DNA of 64,000 bases from Nannocystales bacterium (GTDB taxonomy: Bacteria > Myxococcota_A > Polyangia > Nannocystales > Nannocystaceae): NCBI GenBank assembly GCA_050633305.1, contig JBOEGF010000005.1, positions 192,001-256,000 on the forward strand, given 5' to 3'. Position 1 is the stretch's first letter. Each line of letters starts with the position of its first letter. The notes beneath the pieces were generated by a model. The model was not told where the DNA came from, made no database searches, and worked only from the letters and a program-made list of their open reading frames with translations. Made by a program: the position numbers and the translations under genes. Shown in pieces: positions 58,118 to 64,000 of the stretch.

Positions 58118-60238
58118 ATGCATCGAGCAGCACTTCTTTGTTCGGCCTTCGCGCTGCTTCCCACCACCGCCCGGGCCTCGGAGTCGGTCGGCTCGATTCC
58201 GATCGAGCTGCATCGGCGGGCCGCGGACTTCTTGGAGGAGAACCGGGGCGAGCACGGTGGCACCTGGGCCGATGCCCGGCTGGCTTCCGAGGCGGAGCCG
58301 ATGTGGCGGCCCGGGCTATCCCAGCCGGCCTACTACGAGGTCGCCGTCCTCGGTCCGGACGGTTCGTCCAGGGGGTACATCTCGCTCTCGCACGGGGAAC
58401 ACGACTTTCCGGTTCCCATCGCTGCGTTTGGCGGGGTCGCACCTGCCCGGGAGTTACGGGATCGCGTTGGCGATGATCGGGTGGTCATCTACCGACTTGG
58501 GCTCGGGGCCTACGTGGCCGATCTGAATGGGACGGAGGTCGGCTCGAGTGGGGATCCGGTCGGTCGCCTGCACGGGTTCGAGCCCGAGTGGGTCGAAGCG
58601 TCATCGGAGGCGAGCGCTGGAACGTATTCGTGGAGCGACGCGGCGGGAGTCTCCGAGACGCGCGCGGAGCTGGGAGCGTCGATCTCCTTCACCCCGTGGG
58701 AGGACTGGTCGACGCTTCTCAGCGACTACGCGGAGAACATGGAGCCGCTTCTGCGGATTCAACACGACAACGCTACCCGTCACTGGGCGGTGGAACGCAG
58801 TCTTGCGGACAACGGCGAGGCACTGCGCCCCGGGGAGTTCCGCGACACGCCGGTTCTCTCCCGCGGTGGGGCTCGCTTCGAACTCTCGGGGCTGGGCCAG
58901 TCGTATGCACACGTCGAGCTGGTGGAGCGTGGGTTCCAGGGGGACGCCGCGCTGCGTTTCGTCGTCGTGGGGGATGTTCCGTCCGGCGACCCTCTTCCTG
59001 TCGATGTCAACGTCACCTACGGCGACGGGAGTCGGGAGACGATCCGTTTCAATGTTTTCGGCGCGGCGGCTCCCGTTGGGGTCGCCCCTGTAGAGTCCGT
59101 GCGGGCCGCTCGTTGCTCGCAGATGGCATTCCAAACCGACTGGCGGACGTACTTGCATGCCGATGGTGGTGGAGGCGCGGAAGTCAACGGTCGCGGCCGG
59201 TGGATCGGGGACCACGAGCTGTTCAACGTCGTAGACCGCGGGGTCGGGCAGATTGCGCTCCGCACCTTCGGCGGGCAGTACGTCTCCGCGCACAACGGCG
59301 GGGTCGAGGCACGGGCGAAGACGGTTGGGGACCCGGAGGTCTTCTTCTTGGACTCGAAGCGGGACGGTAGGTTTGGCCTCCGGTCTTTCAAACGGCAGTA
59401 CGTTCGCGTCCACGCCGACGGGCGCGTCACCGCCGACTCGCCCAACTTCCACGACTGGGAGTCGTTTAACCTCGAACGCTGCGAGCCGAAGAGGAAGACG
59501 TCACTGTACGCAGGGGCGCACTGGTGGGATGCGTGGAAGAAGGTTCGCAAGTATGGGCAGATCCCCGCGCACCACGGACCAAGCACGTCTCAGTGTTCGA
59601 GCGGATGCGGGGCAACGGCGTGGGGGATGCTGTTCGGGTTTCACGACTACGAAGCGGCGAAGTCGATAGGGCCGTGGGCGCGCCACTGGGGTCTGTTCCG
59701 CAAGGATGGGGGGTACGGAGCCAACGCGACCGCGCCGCATACGATGTGGCCAACGTCGTGGTCGTCGCTGAGGTTGGCGCATCGCGTGGTCTCCGACATG
59801 CACCCCGGGGTGGCCAACATGATTTGGGAGATCAGCCAGAAAATGAACGACTGGGGGCTGGCCGGTTGCTCCAACGGTGGCCAGAAGTGGACGGCCCCGG
59901 TTCTCATGGGACGAGCCCACAAGTACCTGGAGGGTCGCTCGAGCGTGACGTTGGTTTCGGATTACGACGGCTTGAGCAAGATGACCGAGAAGGGGCGCAA
60001 CAAGGCCGGGGACGTCCTGCGGGCCAAGCAACCGGTCGTGATCGGCATCGGCTACCTGGAGCACTACCCCCTCGCGTTCGGGTACGACTACACGAGGTAC
60101 CGAGTCTGGGACCGAAGCAAGGCAGACTGGACACCGGGGGTGCATCGCGAGGCTTTTGTCATTCACTCGGGGCATCAGGAGGCATTCGCGGAGCTGGTAC
60201 CCTTCGATACCTGGGAGCAAGGCTGGATCAAGCCCTGA
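58118..60238 (+). CDS. Secreted protein with fascin-like beta-trefoil and C-terminal papain-like (C10/C39-like) peptidase domain
   Basis: Signal peptide ARA; three (IALRT.GG.YVSA...G..E.F)-type repeats; Q...SGCGATAWGML and HYPLAFGY. Confidence 0.72.
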   Translation: MHRAALLCSAFALLPTTARASESVGSIPIELHRRAADFLEENRGEHGGTWADARLASEAEPMWRPGLSQPAYYEVAVLGPDGSSRGYISLSHGEHDFPVPIAAFGGVAPARELRDRVGDDRVVIYRLGLGAYVADLNGTEVGSSGDPVGRLHGFEPEWVEASSEASAGTYSWSDAAGVSETRAELGASISFTPWEDWSTLLSDYAENMEPLLRIQHDNATRHWAVERSLADNGEALRPGEFRDTPVLSRGGARFELSGLGQSYAHVELVERGFQGDAALRFVVVGDVPSGDPLPVDVNVTYGDGSRETIRFNVFGAAAPVGVAPVESVRAARCSQMAFQTDWRTYLHADGGGGAEVNGRGRWIGDHELFNVVDRGVGQIALRTFGGQYVSAHNGGVEARAKTVGDPEVFFLDSKRDGRFGLRSFKRQYVRVHADGRVTADSPNFHDWESFNLERCEPKRKTSLYAGAHWWDAWKKVRKYGQIPAHHGPSTSQCSSGCGATAWGMLFGFHDYEAAKSIGPWARHWGLFRKDGGYGANATAPHTMWPTSWSSLRLAHRVVSDMHPGVANMIWEISQKMNDWGLAGCSNGGQKWTAPVLMGRAHKYLEGRSSVTLVSDYDGLSKMTEKGRNKAGDVLRAKQPVVIGIGYLEHYPLAFGYDYTRYRVWDRSKADWTPGVHREAFVIHSGHQEAFAELVPFDTWEQGWIKP

Positions 60239-60248
60239 GCTTCGATTC

Positions 60249-63158
60249 GTGGAGCGACGTGACGACAGCGGACCGGCGGGGACGTCGACCGAGGACTCGC
60301 TGTTGGGGGGGACCCCGGCACAGGAGCGGGATGCTGAGGGCGCCCGGATGCGGGCTTCGTTGAAGGCTCGGCTGTTCGACGAGCACACCGACCCCGTGGT
60401 GATCGGCAAGTATCGGCTCCTCGATCCGCTTGGCGAGGGCGGAATGGGGACCGTCTATCGGGCGCACGATCCCGACCTTGACCGCGTCGTGGCGCTGAAG
60501 ATCCTCAGAGAGGGAGTTGGAGACGAACGGGTCATCGCTCGGCTCTTGAGCGAGGCTCGGTCGCTCGCCCGACTGTCACACCCCAACGTCGTCGCGGTTC
60601 ACGATGTGGGCCGCGACCCCCAGGGCGCGTACCTGGCGATGGAGTTGATCGATGGCGAAGACCTTCAAGCATGGGGACACGCGCACCCCTTGAACTCGAA
60701 ACATCGAACGACGGTCTTGCTCGCCGCGTTCCACGGCGTGGCGTCGGCACTCGAGGTTGCGCACGCATTGGGGATCGTTCACCGTGACGTCAAGCCGTCC
60801 AACATCTTCGTCGGCGTGGATGGCCGGGTTCGTCTCGGGGACTTCGGCCTCGCGCGAAGGGCGGGCGCTGCGACAACCCTCGAAGCCCGCACTCGTCCGT
60901 TCGACGCTTCGTCGGAAGGGATCACGCAGACGGGCGCCTGGGTTGGGACGCCAGCCTATATGGCGCCCGAGCAGTTTGAAGGCGTCGCGGACCCACGCAG
61001 CGATCAGTTCTCGTTTTGCGTCACCATGTACGAGGCGTTTTGCGGGCGACATCCTTTCGGAGCCGGGACACTGCACGCGCTGCGGTTGCGGGTCCAGCAG
61101 GGGACGCTCGAGCCACCAGCAGCAGGGCTCGGAATTCCGCGCTGGCTTGCCGCCGTGGTGCGCCGGGGGTTGAGCGCCGACCCGAAGCACCGCTATTCCG
61201 ACATGGGCTCGCTCCTCGCCGCCGTTCGATCCGGAAGGAGACGGCGACGCTCCGTCGCGGTGCTCGCCCCGATCGGGTTCCTCGTGGCCGGGGCAGGGGT
61301 GGCGACGGCCGCGTTCGAGGACGTGGACTGCGCCACCGTAGCAGCGTCGACCGGCGAGGTGTGGGGACCGCAGCGGCGGGATGTTGTACGCCGAGCGTTG
61401 GTTGAATCCGGTGCGGCTCATGCCGAGGCGAGCTGGTCGCGGGTCGACGCGGAGTTGGACGCCGTGGCCACGCGGTGGAGTCGTCAACACGTGATGGCTT
61501 GCGAACTCGGTCGTTCGGCTGAACCGCAGGCACAGCGGCGAGCGCCCCAGGTGGACGCTTGCCTTCGCGAGGCGCAGCAGATGCTGGAGTTCGCCACCGA
61601 TGCCATCGTCAAGACCGCGCGCGAGCACCCCGAGCACATCGCCACCGCGGTGTTGGGCGTCGATGACCTGACGGACTGCGGTCGCCCCGACGGACTCGAC
61701 CGCGAGGCGTCCTTGCCCGAAGCGCTGGACCTATCGGGACGCATCGCCAGGGCGGAGCTGGAGCTGGAGCTGGGTTGGCCCTCCGAGGCTGCGGAGCGAC
61801 TTGACCAAGTCATCGCCGCGATCGGCGAGCAACCCTTGCATCGGTCCGCGGCGAAGGCTCGCGGCGTGCGGGCGCGTACCGCCGCGGTGCTCGGAGAGGA
61901 GGACCTCGCCGAGTCTCACGCCCGCGCATTCCTGTCTCATGCCGAGCTTGTCTCGGACCCGGCGCTCGAGGCCGAGGCCTGGCTCAGCGTCTCGATCCAT
62001 GCGGGCCGGGATCCTTCCTTTCGCCGGTTCTGCCTGGACCGGGTCGCACAGCTCGAGACGCGCGGAGACCTACCGCCCCGACTCGTCGCTGAGCATGCGC
62101 TGATGCTGGGCGTGGCGCTGGCGGGAAGGAATGACGACGAGGCTGCGCTCGTGCCTCTGGAAGAAGCGGTCGCAGCGTTCGAGGACCTCGGAGATGAACC
62201 CGTCCGTCTCTCGGATGCGCTCTCTGGGCTGGGTGATTCGCTGCTGCTCACGGGCTCGACCAAGCGCGCCGTCGAGGCCCATCAACGCTCGACGCGGCTG
62301 AGGACTCAGACACTGGGGCCCGAGCACCCGGGAACCGCGACTGGACTCCTTCGACTTGCACAGGCGCAGGTCTTTGCGCTGCGGTACGCCGATGCGCGCG
62401 AGACGTACGATGTGGCGATTGAGGTGTTGGCGGCAAACCCTGAGGTGACCCCGCGCAAGCGAGCGCAGGCCTTCGCGATGCGCGCTCAGCTGCTGACACA
62501 ACTTCAGGAGCACACCCTGGCAATCGACGACTCCAGGCGGTCGTTCGAGCTGCAACGTGAGCTTCTCGGTGCATCGGACCCCCGCATTTTGGGTGCCGCC
62601 GCCTTTCTCGTGCGGACGCTGGTCGAGGCCGGAATGCATGCGGAGGCGCTCGATGTGTCCGAGCCGATGCGTGCGCTGATCCTCTCGCTCGACGACGACA
62701 CCTCCGCGCTCTCACGCGGCCAGATCGGCCTGTCCAGCGCCCAGGCGTTGATCGCCATCGGGCGAACGTCGGAAGGGGTCGAGCGCGTCGGCGAAGCCGC
62801 GGACCTGCTCAGCGGCGTGTATCGCCCCAACAGCGGACTCTACTTTCAGATGTGGGCGACGGTGGGGCGAGCCTACGTTGCCGCCGACCACGTCGAGAAG
62901 GCGAGGAGCGTGTGGGAGCGGCGACTGGCGGAGGCACGGGCGGCTGGAAGCGCGCACGAAGGAGGGATGCGCCTCGCCTTCGAGCTGGCGACGCTGGCGC
63001 GGGACGAAGGGGACCCTTCGCGTGCCCGAGCGTTTCTTGCCGAGGTTCGAGAGCATGCCGAAGCGGGCGGCGTCGAGCTGAGCACACTCGATGATGTGAC
63101 CGCGCTTGCGGATGAGCTTGGTGTCCCGGCAGCCGAGCCGAAACGATCAGCACCGTGA
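60249..63158 (+). CDS. Ser/Thr protein kinase with TPR repeats
   Basis: GEGGMG, VALK, HRDVKPSN, DFG, GTPAYMAPE; start either GTG 60249 or ATG 60348. Confidence 0.93.
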   Translation: MERRDDSGPAGTSTEDSLLGGTPAQERDAEGARMRASLKARLFDEHTDPVVIGKYRLLDPLGEGGMGTVYRAHDPDLDRVVALKILREGVGDERVIARLLSEARSLARLSHPNVVAVHDVGRDPQGAYLAMELIDGEDLQAWGHAHPLNSKHRTTVLLAAFHGVASALEVAHALGIVHRDVKPSNIFVGVDGRVRLGDFGLARRAGAATTLEARTRPFDASSEGITQTGAWVGTPAYMAPEQFEGVADPRSDQFSFCVTMYEAFCGRHPFGAGTLHALRLRVQQGTLEPPAAGLGIPRWLAAVVRRGLSADPKHRYSDMGSLLAAVRSGRRRRRSVAVLAPIGFLVAGAGVATAAFEDVDCATVAASTGEVWGPQRRDVVRRALVESGAAHAEASWSRVDAELDAVATRWSRQHVMACELGRSAEPQAQRRAPQVDACLREAQQMLEFATDAIVKTAREHPEHIATAVLGVDDLTDCGRPDGLDREASLPEALDLSGRIARAELELELGWPSEAAERLDQVIAAIGEQPLHRSAAKARGVRARTAAVLGEEDLAESHARAFLSHAELVSDPALEAEAWLSVSIHAGRDPSFRRFCLDRVAQLETRGDLPPRLVAEHALMLGVALAGRNDDEAALVPLEEAVAAFEDLGDEPVRLSDALSGLGDSLLLTGSTKRAVEAHQRSTRLRTQTLGPEHPGTATGLLRLAQAQVFALRYADARETYDVAIEVLAANPEVTPRKRAQAFAMRAQLLTQLQEHTLAIDDSRRSFELQRELLGASDPRILGAAAFLVRTLVEAGMHAEALDVSEPMRALILSLDDDTSALSRGQIGLSSAQALIAIGRTSEGVERVGEAADLLSGVYRPNSGLYFQMWATVGRAYVAADHVEKARSVWERRLAEARAAGSAHEGGMRLAFELATLARDEGDPSRARAFLAEVREHAEAGGVELSTLDDVTALADELGVPAAEPKRSAP

Positions 63159-63758
63159 GAGTTGCGCGCCCAGCTTGCTGACCGACTCATCCAAGCGAGC
63201 CTCGTCCAGCGCTCCGAACCGGACGTGCTGCAGCGCTTCTCGAAGTGCCGCTCGAGCCCGATGAAGCCGGGTTCGTACGGTGGCAGGGGAGATCCCGAGG
63301 ACCTCCGCCAGCTCGGGTCCGCGAATCTGCTCCCAGTAGTACAGCTCGAGCGTGACCTGGGCGTCCACCGGGAGGTTGGACATCGCCTCCGCGATCAGCG
63401 TCTGTTCCTCGTTGGCGAGCGCTGCTCGACTGGGTGAGATACCGAGGTCGCGGATCGAGCCCACGCTCTGTTCCAGGCCTTTGCCGATCTTGTCGCGGGT
63501 GCGGCGCTCGATGAAACCGTAGAGCTCCCGCCGTGCGATGGTGAACAGGTACGTACGGAACTTCGCCTCGGCGCGGAAGTTCGCGACCGACTCGAGGCAC
63601 GCGAGCAGGGTCCGCTGCACGAGGTCTTCGACTTCGTTGACCGGAGCTTTGGTCCGAAAGAACCGGCGCAAGCTCTCGAAGTGGCGCTCGAAAAGCTCGG
63701 AACCCGCGCTCTTGTCCCCACCGCGCCACGCCGTGAGCAAGTCGAAGTCTGCGACCAC
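63147..63758 (-). CDS. ECF sigma-70 family RNA polymerase sigma factor
   Basis: EDLVQRT...FRTYLFTIAR (region 2); ELAEVLGISPATVRTRLHRAR (region 4). Confidence 0.93.
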   Translation of the reverse strand: MVADFDLLTAWRGGDKSAGSELFERHFESLRRFFRTKAPVNEVEDLVQRTLLACLESVANFRAEAKFRTYLFTIARRELYGFIERRTRDKIGKGLEQSVGSIRDLGISPSRAALANEEQTLIAEAMSNLPVDAQVTLELYYWEQIRGPELAEVLGISPATVRTRLHRARAALREALQHVRFGALDEARLDESVSKLGAQLSRC

Positions 63759-64000
63759 GAAGAAATCGTACCACCGACGGGAACGAACCAACGTTGGCGC
63801 CCCACTCAGCGAGCAGCCATCATGATCACGAAAGTCGCGCTGCTCCTCCCCGTTGTTTTGCTTGCCAGCCCCGCTAAACCGGCGAAACCGACCGCGCATC
63901 CGAGCGTGGGCGGGTCGGTCAAGGAGGCTCTGGCGAAGCGGCCTCTCCCGGCAAAGCCCCTGACCAAGGCCCAGATCATCGGGCTCGCTCGGAGTGAGGG

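Noticed and set aside
63906..64000. Possible gene start at the window edge (VGGSVKEALAKRPL...)
   Set aside because: Too short to support a call

Overview
GC-rich window whose gene content (four Hanks-type Ser/Thr kinase-TPR genes, FHA proteins, many Cys-rich lipoproteins, ECF sigma) points to a myxobacterium, probably Nannocystaceae-like (inference). The main result is at 2.8-6.6 kb. Two tandem, translationally coupled paralogous lipoprotein genes are split by the ORF track at an in-frame TGA. In both, reading through gives YFATF-U-PVC, a UxxC thioredoxin/TlpA-like active site, and a covarying SECIS-like hairpin follows. They are most simply read as exported multidomain selenoproteins (LVIVD propeller + Ig-like + redoxin). 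They converge on a PhnCDE-type ABC transporter resembling the putative selenate ABC family. Other notable items: a six-gene K+/osmotic operon (CPA antiporter, trkA, trkH, a 1404-aa antiporter-P-loop ATPase fusion, MscS, an apparently dead M28 peptidase) with an uncalled 31-aa membrane peptide divergent from it; a transglutaminase-elicitor-like protein; a fascin/papain-like secreted protein; an M15 peptidase lipoprotein; and an FHA-AAA+ regulator lacking GAFTGA. Housekeeping genes include lysC, trpS, an RND pump, an aldo/keto reductase and a DsbA/FrnE protein. I recognised no rRNA, tRNA, CRISPR array or mobile element. All family calls come from reading motifs by eye; no searches were run.
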